NCBI RefSeq assembly: GCF_001824475.1
Contig: NZ_MHXN01000011.1
Location: 7,918 to 71,917, forward strand
Direction of reading: 5' to 3'
Source: Phenylobacterium sp. RIFCSPHIGHO2_01_FULL_69_31
Lineage (GTDB): Bacteria; Pseudomonadota; Alphaproteobacteria; Caulobacterales; Caulobacteraceae
DNA length: 64,000 nucleotides
Notes under the pieces: generated by a model
Seen by the model: only the letters and a program-made list of their open reading frames with translations
Databases searched by the model: none
Told to the model about the DNA's origin: nothing
Shown: one piece after another, positions 12,747-21,789 of the stretch
How the letters are laid out: every line of letters begins with the position of its first letter
Numbering within the stretch: the first letter of the stretch is position 1
Translations under genes and position numbers: made by a program

Positions 12747-14186
12747 CTAGCGGTTCGACCAGACCCCGGTCGACCCTGACGAGCGGGCGCTGCCGCCGCT
12801 GGCGCCGCTGCGGCCACCGCCGCTGCGACCGCGACCCGCGCCGCGGCTGGGGCCCTTGAAGGCGGGCTTGTCGCCGGCCGGACGCGCGGGCGCGCCCTCG
12901 TGGCGGTGTCCGCCCTGGCCGCCGCCGCCGTGGTTGCGGTTGCGCTTGGCCTGGTGCTGGCCGCGGTGCGGCTGCGCCGAGCCGCGGGTGTCGGGACGCT
13001 CGGGCTTGCCGCCCACGTCGGGCATGGCCGCGGTGGCCGCGCCCAGGTGCTTGTCGTTGCGGCGATCGAACGAGGGGATCCGCTGGCGGGTCACCTTCTC
13101 GATGTCCTTCAGCAGGTTGCGCTCGTCGTCGGCGCAGAACGCCACGGCCGAACCATCCGCCCCGGCGCGGGCCGTACGGCCGATCCGGTGGACATAGGCT
13201 TCCGGCACGTTGGGCAGTTCGTACTGGACCACGTGGCTGACCGCGTCGATGTCGATGCCGCGGGCGGCGATGTCGGTGGCCACCAGGGCGCGGACCTCAC
13301 CGGCCTTGAAGGCGGCCAGGGCGCGCTCGCGCTGGCCCTGGCTCTTGTCGCCATGGATCGAGACGGCTTCGACGCCGGCCTGCTCCAGGCCGCGGGCCAC
13401 GCGGTCGGCGCCGCGCTTGGTGCGGGTGAAGACGATCACGCGCTTGAAGCCGCCGTCGTCGAACAGCTCGCTCAGCAGGGCGCGCTTGCGCGACTGCTCC
13501 ACGAACAGGACGCGCTGGTTGATCCGCTCGACCGTGGTGGCCTGCGGGGTCACCGAGACCTTCAGCGGGTTGGGGTTCAGGATCTCGCCCGACAGCTTCT
13601 CGATCTCGGCGGGCATGGTGGCCGAGAAGAACAGGTTCTGGCGCGGCGCCTTGGGCAGGAACTTCACGATCTTCCGGATCGGAACGATGAAGCCCATGTC
13701 CAGCATCTGGTCGGCCTCGTCGAGCACCAGGATCTCGACGCCTTCCAGCGTGATCGACTTCTCGCCCAGGTGATCCAGCAGGCGGCCGGGGGTGGCCACC
13801 AGGATGTCGACGCCGGGCGCGAGGGCCCGCATCTGGCCGCCGTACTTCACGCCGCCGAACACCACGGCGACGGAAACGCCCATGTGCTTGCCGTACGACT
13901 TGAAGCTTTCGCCGATCTGGGTGGCGAGTTCGCGGGTAGGGGCGAGCACCAGCACCCGGGCGCTGCGGCGCGGGGCGGGCTTCTTGTTCTCGGCCAGGCG
14001 ATGCAGGATCGGCAAGGCGAAGGCGGCGGTCTTGCCGGTGCCGGTCTGGGCGATGCCCAGCAGGTCGCGGCCGGTCATGACGCCGGGGATGGCCTGCGCC
14101 TGGATCGGCGTCGGCTGGGTGTAGCCCTCGTCGGCCAGCGCCTTGAGCAGCGGCTTGGCCAGGCCAAGGTCAGTGAATTGGGTCAA
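12747..14186 (-). CDS. rhlE: DEAD-box RNA helicase, RhlE-like
   Basis: AQTGTGKT, PTRELA, DEAD, SAT and HRIGRTAR motifs with a Gly/Arg-rich C-terminal tail. Probable TTG start (MTQFTDLGL). Confidence 0.9.
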   Translation of the reverse strand: MTQFTDLGLAKPLLKALADEGYTQPTPIQAQAIPGVMTGRDLLGIAQTGTGKTAAFALPILHRLAENKKPAPRRSARVLVLAPTRELATQIGESFKSYGKHMGVSVAVVFGGVKYGGQMRALAPGVDILVATPGRLLDHLGEKSITLEGVEILVLDEADQMLDMGFIVPIRKIVKFLPKAPRQNLFFSATMPAEIEKLSGEILNPNPLKVSVTPQATTVERINQRVLFVEQSRKRALLSELFDDGGFKRVIVFTRTKRGADRVARGLEQAGVEAVSIHGDKSQGQRERALAAFKAGEVRALVATDIAARGIDIDAVSHVVQYELPNVPEAYVHRIGRTARAGADGSAVAFCADDERNLLKDIEKVTRQRIPSFDRRNDKHLGAATAAMPDVGGKPERPDTRGSAQPHRGQHQAKRNRNHGGGGQGGHRHEGAPARPAGDKPAFKGPSRGAGRGRSGGGRSGASGGSARSSGSTGVWSNR

Positions 14187-14504
14187 AAGATATTCTTTCG
14201 CGTATGCGCCGAACACGACCTTCGCGGGGCTTCCGCGGGTCGACTGGCGCCGGTCTTTGGAGAGACGCCCCGCGTGATGGGCGCATCGGGTGAGAAAGCC
14301 TCACGGCGCTCGACAGGCTGAGCCCCCAAGGAGGCCCCACGCGGCTGGAACGCAGATAGCGCTCCGAAGAACGCAGGGGGCACATCGGGCTTTGCGACGG
14401 TGAAGTCAACCCACGGGGGACGAATACCGCCAGGAGTTGCCTTTTGGCCGCAGGGCGTGGGAAGCCTTCGAACAGGCGAATCCAGTGGTCCGGCGGGGGA
14501 TGGG

Positions 14505-15719
14505 ATGCGGTTCCTGACGAGCATCGTCGCGGCGGCCTGGCTTCTGGCAGGCGGCGCGTTCGCGGCGCCGTCCGCGACCGATCTCGCCGCCATCGCCGCC
14601 GTCGAAAGCCGCATCGCGCCGATCGGCTCGACCGAGGGCAAGACCTTGGCCGCCCGGATGGCGGAGCTGAAGGTCCCCGGTGTCAGCGTCGCCTTCATCG
14701 AGGACGGCAAGGTGAAATGGACCCGGACCTACGGCGTGGCCGACGCCTCCGACGGCCGGCTTGTGAGGCCCGACACGCTGTTCCAGGCCGCCTCGATGAG
14801 CAAGGCGGTGGCCGCGGCGGGGGCGCTGCGCCTCGTGGAGCAGGGGCGGCTCGATCTCGACGGCGATGTGAATGCGCGGCTCAAGACCTGGCAGGTCCCC
14901 GCGAGCCCCCATACCGCCGCCGAGAAGGTGACGTTGCGCCGCCTTCTCAGTCACACCGCCGGGCTGACCGTCAGCGGCTTCCCGGGATATGCGGCCGGCA
15001 AGCCGATCCCCAGTGACGTGCAGATGCTGGACGGCAAGCCCCCGGCCAACACGCCGGCCGTTCGATCGTTCGAGCCGCCCGGGCAGGGCTATGCCTATTC
15101 CGGCGGCGGCTACACCGTGGCGCAACTGCTCATGACCGAGGCGGGTGGGCAGCCCTTCCCGAAGCTGCTGGATCGGCTGATCCTGCGGCCGGCCGGGATG
15201 CGCAGCTCCACCTTCGTTCAGCCGTTGCCGCAGGCCGTCGTCCAGAAGGCGGCCAGCGCGCACGATCCGAAGGGCGCGGTCATTCAGGGCGCGCGCCACA
15301 CCTACCCGGAGTATGCGGCCGCCGGCCTCTGGACCACGCCATCCGACTATGGGCGCTTCCTGATCGCGCTGCAGAGAGCATATTCAGGCGAGCCGCGCGC
15401 GATCCTCGATCGGGCCTCGGCTCGGGCCATGCTGACGCCAGTCCTGAGCAGCTATGGCCTGGGCATGATCATCGAGCCGCGCGGCCAGCGCCTCGCCATC
15501 CAGCACAGCGGCGGGAATGAGGGCTTCCAGTGCCATTCGTTCGCGTTCCTGGACGGATCGCGGCAGGGAGTGGTGATCATGACCAACGGGAGCGGGGGCT
15601 GGCGGCTGGCCCGCGAAGTCCTTGCCGCCACGGGCAGCGCGTATGGCTGGCCCCCGGCGGAGAAGTCGCCCGAGGGTTCGAACCGTCGCGCGCCTCTCGT
15701 CGCGGCGACCGCGCCATGA
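14505..15719 (+). CDS. Secreted serine hydrolase, beta-lactamase/AmpC-like family
   Basis: Signal peptide MRFLTSIVAAAW, SxxK (ASMSK), LLSHTAG, YSGGGY, HSGGNEGF. Confidence 0.9.
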   Translation: MRFLTSIVAAAWLLAGGAFAAPSATDLAAIAAVESRIAPIGSTEGKTLAARMAELKVPGVSVAFIEDGKVKWTRTYGVADASDGRLVRPDTLFQAASMSKAVAAAGALRLVEQGRLDLDGDVNARLKTWQVPASPHTAAEKVTLRRLLSHTAGLTVSGFPGYAAGKPIPSDVQMLDGKPPANTPAVRSFEPPGQGYAYSGGGYTVAQLLMTEAGGQPFPKLLDRLILRPAGMRSSTFVQPLPQAVVQKAASAHDPKGAVIQGARHTYPEYAAAGLWTTPSDYGRFLIALQRAYSGEPRAILDRASARAMLTPVLSSYGLGMIIEPRGQRLAIQHSGGNEGFQCHSFAFLDGSRQGVVIMTNGSGGWRLAREVLAATGSAYGWPPAEKSPEGSNRRAPLVAATAP

Positions 15720-16123
15720 CGGAAAAGCGCATGGTCCTGGTCGCCGCGGCGGCCCTGGTGGACGTGGACGGACGGGTGCTCCTCTGCCAGCGGCCGGAGG
15801 GCAAGCAACTGGCCGGGCTCTGGGAATTTCCGGGCGGCAAGGTGGAGGCGGGCGAGACGCCCGAGGCCTGCCTGATCCGCGAGCTGGAGGAAGAGCTGGG
15901 CATCAGGGTCAGCCACGCCTGCCTGGCGCCCTTCGTGTTCGCGAGCCATGAATACGACAGCTTCCACTTGCTGATGCCGCTCTACCTGGTGCGCCGGTGG
16001 GAGGGGCAGGTGACCAATCGCGAGCACAAGGCGATGGCCTGGGTCCGGCCCATCGACATGGACAGCTATCCGATGCCCCCGGCGGACGGGCCGCTGGTGG
16101 CTTGGCTGCGGGACCTGATCTGA
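15716..16123 (+). CDS. mutT: 8-oxo-dGTP diphosphatase (Nudix)
   Basis: Nudix box WEFPGGKVEAGETPEACLIRELEEELG. Start MTEKR at 15716 overlaps the upstream stop. Confidence 0.93.
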   Translation: MTEKRMVLVAAAALVDVDGRVLLCQRPEGKQLAGLWEFPGGKVEAGETPEACLIRELEEELGIRVSHACLAPFVFASHEYDSFHLLMPLYLVRRWEGQVTNREHKAMAWVRPIDMDSYPMPPADGPLVAWLRDLI

Positions 16124-16539
16124 TGCGCCAGGCGGCCCGGACGCTCACGCTCCAGACGCCGGGCCAGGGCCTGCACGAGATCACCCGCGAGGTCTGCGGC
16201 TGGGCGTACGGACAGGGGATGAGCACCGGCCTCCTCACCCTGTTCTGCCGCCACACTTCGGCATCCCTCGTCATACAGGAGAACGCCGGCCCCGACGTCC
16301 GCCGCGACCTGGAGGACTGGGTGGCCGCTGTGGCGCCCGAAAGCGCCGCCTATCGGCACCAGGACGAAGGCCCCGACGACATGCCGGCCCACCTGCGGGC
16401 GGCGCTGACGGGGGTGCAGCTGTCGATCCCCCTGTTCGACGGACGGCTGGTGCTGGGGACCTGGCAGGGGATTTATCTGTTCGAACATCGGCGCCGCCCG
16501 CACCGGCGCGAGGTGGCGCTGCACCTGCTGGGGGACTGA
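16123..16539 (+). CDS. YjbQ/UPF0047 family protein
   Basis: CRHTSASL, HQDEGPDDMPAHLR, LGTWQGIYLFEHR. Confidence 0.93.
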   Translation: MRQAARTLTLQTPGQGLHEITREVCGWAYGQGMSTGLLTLFCRHTSASLVIQENAGPDVRRDLEDWVAAVAPESAAYRHQDEGPDDMPAHLRAALTGVQLSIPLFDGRLVLGTWQGIYLFEHRRRPHRREVALHLLGD

Positions 16540-16541
16540 CG

Positions 16542-17549
16542 ATGCTGCGAACCCTGCTGGCGGCCGCCCTGCTGCTTGCGCCTCTACCCGCACAGGCGGC
16601 ATGGAAGCGGATCGACTTGCCGAAGGATGTCACCCTGCGCGCCATCGCCACGGTCGGGGCCGGGATCGTGCAGGTCTCGGGGGCGAAGGGGACCTACGCG
16701 GTGTCGGAAGACGGCGGGCGGACCTGGCGCTTCGCAGCGCCGCCGGAGGGGGCGGAGCTGGATTTCCGCGGCCTGGCGGCGCTGGACGCCAAGACCACGG
16801 TGCTGATGAGCGCTGGGGAAGGGCCTAAGGGGCAGGCGAAGCTGTTCCGCACGGCCGACGGCGGACGCAGCTGGACGCAGGTGTTCGAGACCAGCTTGCC
16901 GAGCAGCTTCCTGGACACGGTCGCCTTCCGTAACGGCCGCGTGGGCTACGTGCTCGGGGATCCCATCGACGGACGCTGGTTCCTGTTGCGTACGCAGGAC
17001 GGCGGCCGGACCTGGCGGCGGTTGCCGGGACCGCCGGTCCAACCGGGCGAGGCGGCCTTCGCGGCCAGCAATTCGGCGCTTTTCCTGGGCGAGCGATCGG
17101 ACGTGTGGATCGTCTCGGGCGGCCTGAGCAAGGGACGCGTCCACCATTCGGCCGACGACGGCGGGACCTGGACCGTGGCCGAGACGCCGCTGGCCGGCAG
17201 CGGCAGCGCCGGCCTGTTCGGCGGCCTCAGCCTGGGCGGCGGCCGAGCGGTCGTGGTGGGGGGCGACTACAAGGACGAACTGGCGGACATGCCGTCCATT
17301 GCGCTCGGCGATGGCAGCGGCTGGAGGCTGGCGCCCCACGCTGGAACGCCGCGCCTGTTGGAAGGCGTCGGCCGGCTCGACGCCCGCACCCTGCTGGCGG
17401 TGGGACCCCGGGGCTCGTCGATCAGCGAGGACGACGGCCGAACCTGGCGACAGACGGACACCGAGGCCTTCCACGCCATCGCCTGCCGTGCCGGGACCTG
17501 CGTCGCCGCCGGCGGCAAGGGTCATGTAGGGATTTGGGTGGGGGAGTAA
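16542..17549 (+). CDS. Secreted BNR/Asp-box beta-propeller protein (Ycf48-like)
   Basis: Signal peptide and repeated Asp-box motifs (SEDGGRTW, TADGGRSW, TQDGGRTW, SADDGGTW, SEDDGRTW). Confidence 0.88.
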   Translation: MLRTLLAAALLLAPLPAQAAWKRIDLPKDVTLRAIATVGAGIVQVSGAKGTYAVSEDGGRTWRFAAPPEGAELDFRGLAALDAKTTVLMSAGEGPKGQAKLFRTADGGRSWTQVFETSLPSSFLDTVAFRNGRVGYVLGDPIDGRWFLLRTQDGGRTWRRLPGPPVQPGEAAFAASNSALFLGERSDVWIVSGGLSKGRVHHSADDGGTWTVAETPLAGSGSAGLFGGLSLGGGRAVVVGGDYKDELADMPSIALGDGSGWRLAPHAGTPRLLEGVGRLDARTLLAVGPRGSSISEDDGRTWRQTDTEAFHAIACRAGTCVAAGGKGHVGIWVGE

Positions 17550-17551
17550 CC

Positions 17552-17579
17552 GCTCCGCCCCCGTGAACGGGGGAGGAGC
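17552..17579. repeat. REP-like GC hairpin between convergent genes
   Basis: GCTCC-g-CCCCCG-tgaa-CGGGGG-a-GGAGC. Confidence 0.6.
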
Positions 17580-17587
17580 TCGGGAGG

Positions 17588-18490
17588 TTAGTCCAGGCTC
17601 GCCCGTCGCATGGTTTTGGCCGGCTTGGTGGCGTCGACGACGCATTGGCCGGGGTCGCGCATGGCGTGGACGCCCAGGCAGTAGATGTCCTCGTAATGGG
17701 TCCCGGCCGCGGCCAGGCACTGGTGGTAGTTGAGCTTGGCGGTGCGCAGGCACTGGCCGCTCTTGAACTCGCTGAGCAGGGGCCGGGCGGCGGCGTCCTG
17801 GCCCAGGACCGTGAGGGCGGCGAGGGCGACGCCGCGGGCGACGACGGGGCTCGGCCCGCCGCGACGGCCGCCTTCGGAGATCGCCGCAGTGAGGCGGGCG
17901 CGGTCGGCGGCCTCGGGCCTGTAGCCCGCGGCTTGCTTCACGGCGGCCAGGCGTTGCGGACCGTTGGTGAGCCGGGCGCGCGACCAGGCCTGGTGCTGGA
18001 TGCTGTAGGACGTCTTCTTCACCCGGGCGCCGGCGTCGGCCAGGGCCTCGCCGCGCCGGGCCAGGGCCGCGTTGGCTCGCTGCGCCGCCGCCTGGCCGCC
18101 GGGCAGATCCAGGGCCGCGGCCGGATCGGTCGCCAGCCGGCGGGAGACGTCGCGGCCCTTCGCCCGCACGCCGGCCACGAACGCGGGTTCCTGCATGGCG
18201 GCGAGGGCGGCGTAGGCGATCATGCCGGCCTCCAGCTCCTTGGGCTCGTAGCCGGCGGCCGTGCGCAGGCGCTCGGCGATCTGGCCGGGACCGGAGAACG
18301 AGGCGTCGATGGCGGTGGCCTTGCGCGTGAAGGCCTCGAAGGCGCTGGCGCGGCTGGCCAAACCCCCGTCGATACCGATGTACGGCCCCTTCTTCGGCGG
18401 CGGCGCCTTGGAGGGCGCAGATCCGGTGGCGCAGCCCGCCAGGGCTACGGTGGCGGCAAGGGCCGCGAGCTTGAGCTTTTTCACGATCAT
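17588..18490 (-). CDS. Hypothetical alanine-rich lipoprotein
   Basis: Lipobox LAGC. Four Cys near the C-terminus (GQCLR, HQCLA, IYCLG, GQCVV). Codon usage fits the genome. Confidence 0.75.
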   Translation of the reverse strand: MIVKKLKLAALAATVALAGCATGSAPSKAPPPKKGPYIGIDGGLASRASAFEAFTRKATAIDASFSGPGQIAERLRTAAGYEPKELEAGMIAYAALAAMQEPAFVAGVRAKGRDVSRRLATDPAAALDLPGGQAAAQRANAALARRGEALADAGARVKKTSYSIQHQAWSRARLTNGPQRLAAVKQAAGYRPEAADRARLTAAISEGGRRGGPSPVVARGVALAALTVLGQDAAARPLLSEFKSGQCLRTAKLNYHQCLAAAGTHYEDIYCLGVHAMRDPGQCVVDATKPAKTMRRASLD

Positions 18491-18554
18491 CTTGGACCCC
18501 CGCAGGCAGGAGCCCCCCGGGCGTCAGTGTCCGCCCCGGATGGTTGACGGAATC

Positions 18555-19382
18555 TTACCCGGCGGGCGTGGCAGCCGGCGCCCAACCCGTCAGGGTCAGG
18601 ATCTCGAACGTCGCCGGCACGCGGCCGTCCTCGCCGCCGAATCGTTCGGCGTAGATCTCGAAGGTCCGGTGGAGCAGGGCGCGGGTCAGGGGCTTGGGAT
18701 GCCGGTCTGCCAGCACGCTCGTCTCGCCCATCTGGCGCAGGTCGGTGAGCAGCTTGAGCGGATGCTCGTAGCGCACCGTCACCGTGTCGACGTCGCTGAC
18801 CGGCTGCACGAAGCCGGCCCGTTGCAGCAGGTTGGCCGCGTCCTGCGCATCGGCGAAGGGCGAGACACGGCTGCCGGCCCCGCCCAGGATCTCGCTCTCG
18901 GCCGCCACCAGCGACTGGCGCAGCTCGGTGAGCGTGGTCCCGCCCAGGAAGGCGCCGATGAAGAGGCCATCGGGCTTCAGCGCCCGGCGGATCTGGATCA
19001 GGGCTCCGACGACGTCGTTGGTCCAGTGCAGGCCCAGGGTGGAGACGATCAGGTCCAGGCTGCCATCGGCGAACGGCAGCCGCTCCTCGTCGGCGGCTAG
19101 GCGCAGGCCGTGGCGGCCAGTCAGCATCCGGTGCGAGAGGTCGGCCTCGATCAGGGTGTCGACCCGACCCGGAGCCTCCGCGGCCAGCGCCTCGGCGAAG
19201 GCCCCGCCCCGCGCGGAGAGGTCGACGGCCAAGCTGAAAGTGCGCAGGATGGGCCCCAGGCGCTCGGCCACGTCATAGGCAGCCCGGCGCTGCAGGAAGT
19301 CGGCGTTCGCAAAGCCGGGAGCCGCCCGGTCCAGGCGTTTGCGGTGCAGGACTCGGTCGAAGAGGCGCGGGGGGGCGGGCAT
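18555..19382 (-). CDS. SAM-dependent methyltransferase (BioC/NDUFAF5-like)
   Basis: LFDR...FL...A, ADEERLPF..SLDLIVSTLGLHWTND, RVSPFAD..D...LLQRAGF, PATFEIL. Confidence 0.9.
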   Translation of the reverse strand: MPAPPRLFDRVLHRKRLDRAAPGFANADFLQRRAAYDVAERLGPILRTFSLAVDLSARGGAFAEALAAEAPGRVDTLIEADLSHRMLTGRHGLRLAADEERLPFADGSLDLIVSTLGLHWTNDVVGALIQIRRALKPDGLFIGAFLGGTTLTELRQSLVAAESEILGGAGSRVSPFADAQDAANLLQRAGFVQPVSDVDTVTVRYEHPLKLLTDLRQMGETSVLADRHPKPLTRALLHRTFEIYAERFGGEDGRVPATFEILTLTGWAPAATPAG

Positions 19383-20155
19383 TGAGCGCGGAAGATGGCG
19401 ATTTCGCCGCCAGTTGGAAGCCTAGAGTTCGGGCGGCCTGGCGCGTGACCCTGGACATGCTGTTTCCGCCCCAGACCCTGGACGGCGGGCCGCGACCTCT
19501 GGCGGGCGGGTTCTCGGCCGACGCCTGGAGCCGGATCCGGTTCCTGGACGGGCCGGTCTGCGACGGCTGTGGGGCGCCGTTCGACTTCGATCCGGGGGCG
19601 CGATGCGCCGCGTGCCTCGCCAAGCCGCGGGCGTTCGACGCGGCGCGGGCGGCGTGCCTCTACGACGAGACGTCGCGAAACCCGATCCTGCAGCTCAAGC
19701 ACGCCGACCGGCTGGACCTGGCGCCGCTGTTCGCCCGCTGGCTGTCGCGCACGGCGCGCGAGCTGATCGAGGAGGCGGACGCCATCGCGCCGGTGCCGCT
19801 GCACCCGCTGCGCCTGCTCCGCCGCCGCTACAACCAGGCCGCCGAGATCGCCCGGCCCCTGGCCGCCATGACGGGGACGCCCTACCTGCCGGACGCCCTG
19901 GTCCGCCGCCGCGCCACCGCCACCCAGGGCGGCAAGTCCGGTTCCGGCCGCAAGCGCAACGTCGCCGGCGCCTTCGAGGTCCCTGAAGCGCGGCGGACCC
20001 AGATCGAGGGCCTCCGGATCCTGCTGATCGATGACGTTCTGACCACCGGCGCCACTGCGGAGGGCTGCGCACGGGCGCTCAAGGCCGCCGGCGCCGCCCG
20101 CGTCGATTTGGCCGTGGTCGCCCGGGTTCAGGCTGCGGCAGGACTCACCATATGA
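19382..20155 (+). CDS. comF: ComF family phosphoribosyltransferase-like protein
   Basis: PVPLH..RL..RRYNQA, LLIDDVLTTGAT and one zinc ribbon (CDGC, CAAC). Start uncertain. Confidence 0.88.
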   Translation: MSAEDGDFAASWKPRVRAAWRVTLDMLFPPQTLDGGPRPLAGGFSADAWSRIRFLDGPVCDGCGAPFDFDPGARCAACLAKPRAFDAARAACLYDETSRNPILQLKHADRLDLAPLFARWLSRTARELIEEADAIAPVPLHPLRLLRRRYNQAAEIARPLAAMTGTPYLPDALVRRRATATQGGKSGSGRKRNVAGAFEVPEARRTQIEGLRILLIDDVLTTGATAEGCARALKAAGAARVDLAVVARVQAAAGLTI

Positions 20156-20187
20156 AGCTGAACCGAGACGTGTTTCGTTAGAGCGCC

Positions 20188-20451
20188 ATGAGCCAACCCG
20201 TCACCATCTACACCAAGCCGTTCTGCCCCTACTGCATCCGCGCCCTGTCGCTGCTGGAGCAGAAGGGCGTCCCGTTCACCGAGATCGAGGCCGCCTTCGA
20301 TCCGGAGAAGCGCCAGGAGATGATCCAGCGCGCCGGCGGCCGGGCGACCTTCCCGCAGATCTTCGTCGGCGACCGCCACATCGGCGGCTGCGACGACATG
20401 ATGGCGCTCGAACGCTCCGGCCAGCTCGACCCGCTGCTCCAGGCGGCCTAG
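20188..20451 (+). CDS. grxC: Glutaredoxin 3
   Basis: CPYC active site, TFPQIF, HIGGCDD. Confidence 0.96.
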   Translation: MSQPVTIYTKPFCPYCIRALSLLEQKGVPFTEIEAAFDPEKRQEMIQRAGGRATFPQIFVGDRHIGGCDDMMALERSGQLDPLLQAA

Positions 20452-20469
20452 CCGCGGTATAGGTCGGCG

Positions 20470-21285
20470 ATGAAAGTCGGCCTGATCCAGACCCGCACGC
20501 CCGCCACCCACGCCGCAGCGCTGGCGCACGTCCTGCCGCTGGTCCGAGAGGCGGCGGCGGGCGGGGCGCGCCTGATCGTGACGCCCGAGGGCACGAACAT
20601 CCTGCAGAAGGACCGTGAGGCCCTGCTGCCGCAGCTGACCGCGCTTGAGGACGATCCGGTGGTGCTGGGGCTGCGCGAGGCGGCCCGGGACCTCGGCGTC
20701 TGGATCGACGTGGGCTCAGCCCTGGTGAAGCGCGAGGACGGCAAGGCGGCCAACCGCCAGGTCCTGATCCGCCCCGACGGATCGATCGCGGCGACCTACG
20801 ACAAGCTGCATATGTTCGACGTGGACCTGCCGACCGGCGAGACGGCGCGGGAGTCGGCGACCTATGAGCCCGGCGACCGGGCCGTGGTGGCGGAGGTGGA
20901 CGGCGTGAAGCTGGGCCTGACCATCTGCTACGATCTGCGCTTCCCGGCCCTGCACCGCGCGCTCGCCCTGGCCGGCGCCACGGTCATCACCATCCCGGCC
21001 GCCTTCACCCGCCCCACCGGCGAGGCGCACTGGGAGGTCCTCATGCGCGCCCGGGCCATCGAGACGGGAAGCTATGTCCTGGCGCCGGCCCAGGGTGGTT
21101 TCCACGAGGACGGCCGCGGCACCTGGGGGCGATCGCTGGTCGTCGAGCCCTGGGGAAAAGTCGTTGCAAAACTTGACCATGACGAGCCCGGCGTGCTTCT
21201 GGCCGACCTCGATCCGGACGCGCCCGCCAAGGCGCGGGCGGCCATTCCCGTGCTGACCAACGCGCGGGCGTTCACAGGTCCCTAA
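20470..21285 (+). CDS. Carbon-nitrogen hydrolase (Nit1-like)
   Basis: Catalytic triad motifs TPE, YDKLHMFD and ICYDLRFP; RARAIE. Confidence 0.95.
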   Translation: MKVGLIQTRTPATHAAALAHVLPLVREAAAGGARLIVTPEGTNILQKDREALLPQLTALEDDPVVLGLREAARDLGVWIDVGSALVKREDGKAANRQVLIRPDGSIAATYDKLHMFDVDLPTGETARESATYEPGDRAVVAEVDGVKLGLTICYDLRFPALHRALALAGATVITIPAAFTRPTGEAHWEVLMRARAIETGSYVLAPAQGGFHEDGRGTWGRSLVVEPWGKVVAKLDHDEPGVLLADLDPDAPAKARAAIPVLTNARAFTGP

Positions 21286-21293
21286 GCGCCACG

Positions 21294-21725
21294 ATGATCC
21301 GCTACGCCCTCACCTGCGACCATGACCACGAGTTCGAGGGCTGGTTCGGCTCGTCTACCGACTTCGACGACCAGCAGGGCCGTGGCCTTCTGGAATGCCC
21401 CCTGTGCGCCTCGAAGGCCGTGCGCAAGCAGATCATGGCGCCCGCCGTGGCCGGCACGAAGCGCACCATGCGCGAGGAACTGCCCGCCAAGGCCCAGGCG
21501 ATGATGATGGAGGCCGCCGGCCGCATCCGCCGGCACGTGGAAGAGAACTTCGACGACGTGGGCGACGCCTTCGCCTCGGAAGCCAGGGCGATCCACGAGG
21601 GGCGGGCCGAGGATCGCGGCATCTACGGCCAGGCGACACCCAAAGAGGTCCGCGACCTGATGGAGGACGGCGTGCCCGTCGCGCCCCTGCCGCCCGAGCC
21701 GCTGAAGAAGTCCGAGGTCAACTAA
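21294..21725 (+). CDS. DUF1178 family protein
   Basis: MIRYAL.C...HEFEGWF.SS.DFD.Q...LLECP.C...V.K.IMAP, FA.EARAIH.G, IYG.AT..E...L.EDG. Confidence 0.92.
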   Translation: MIRYALTCDHDHEFEGWFGSSTDFDDQQGRGLLECPLCASKAVRKQIMAPAVAGTKRTMREELPAKAQAMMMEAAGRIRRHVEENFDDVGDAFASEARAIHEGRAEDRGIYGQATPKEVRDLMEDGVPVAPLPPEPLKKSEVN

Positions 21726-21772
21726 CGCGCGCTTGCGGCGCGCCCGGCCGCTTGGCAATCTCGGATTGCATC
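21726..21772 (+). repeat. 47-bp exact direct repeat, copy 1, upstream of S9 peptidase 1
   Basis: CGCGCGCTTGCGGCGCGCCCGGCCGCTTGGCAATCTCGGATTGCATC, identical to 23715..23761. Confidence 0.95.
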
Positions 21773-21789
21773 AGGTGGGGGCCTGTCCA

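Noticed and set aside
21733-21789. Identical N-termini MRRARPLGNLGLH in both peptidase ORFs (also 23722..23781)
   Set aside because: This is only the translation of the duplicated upstream element. The signal peptides begin at 21790 and 23782.
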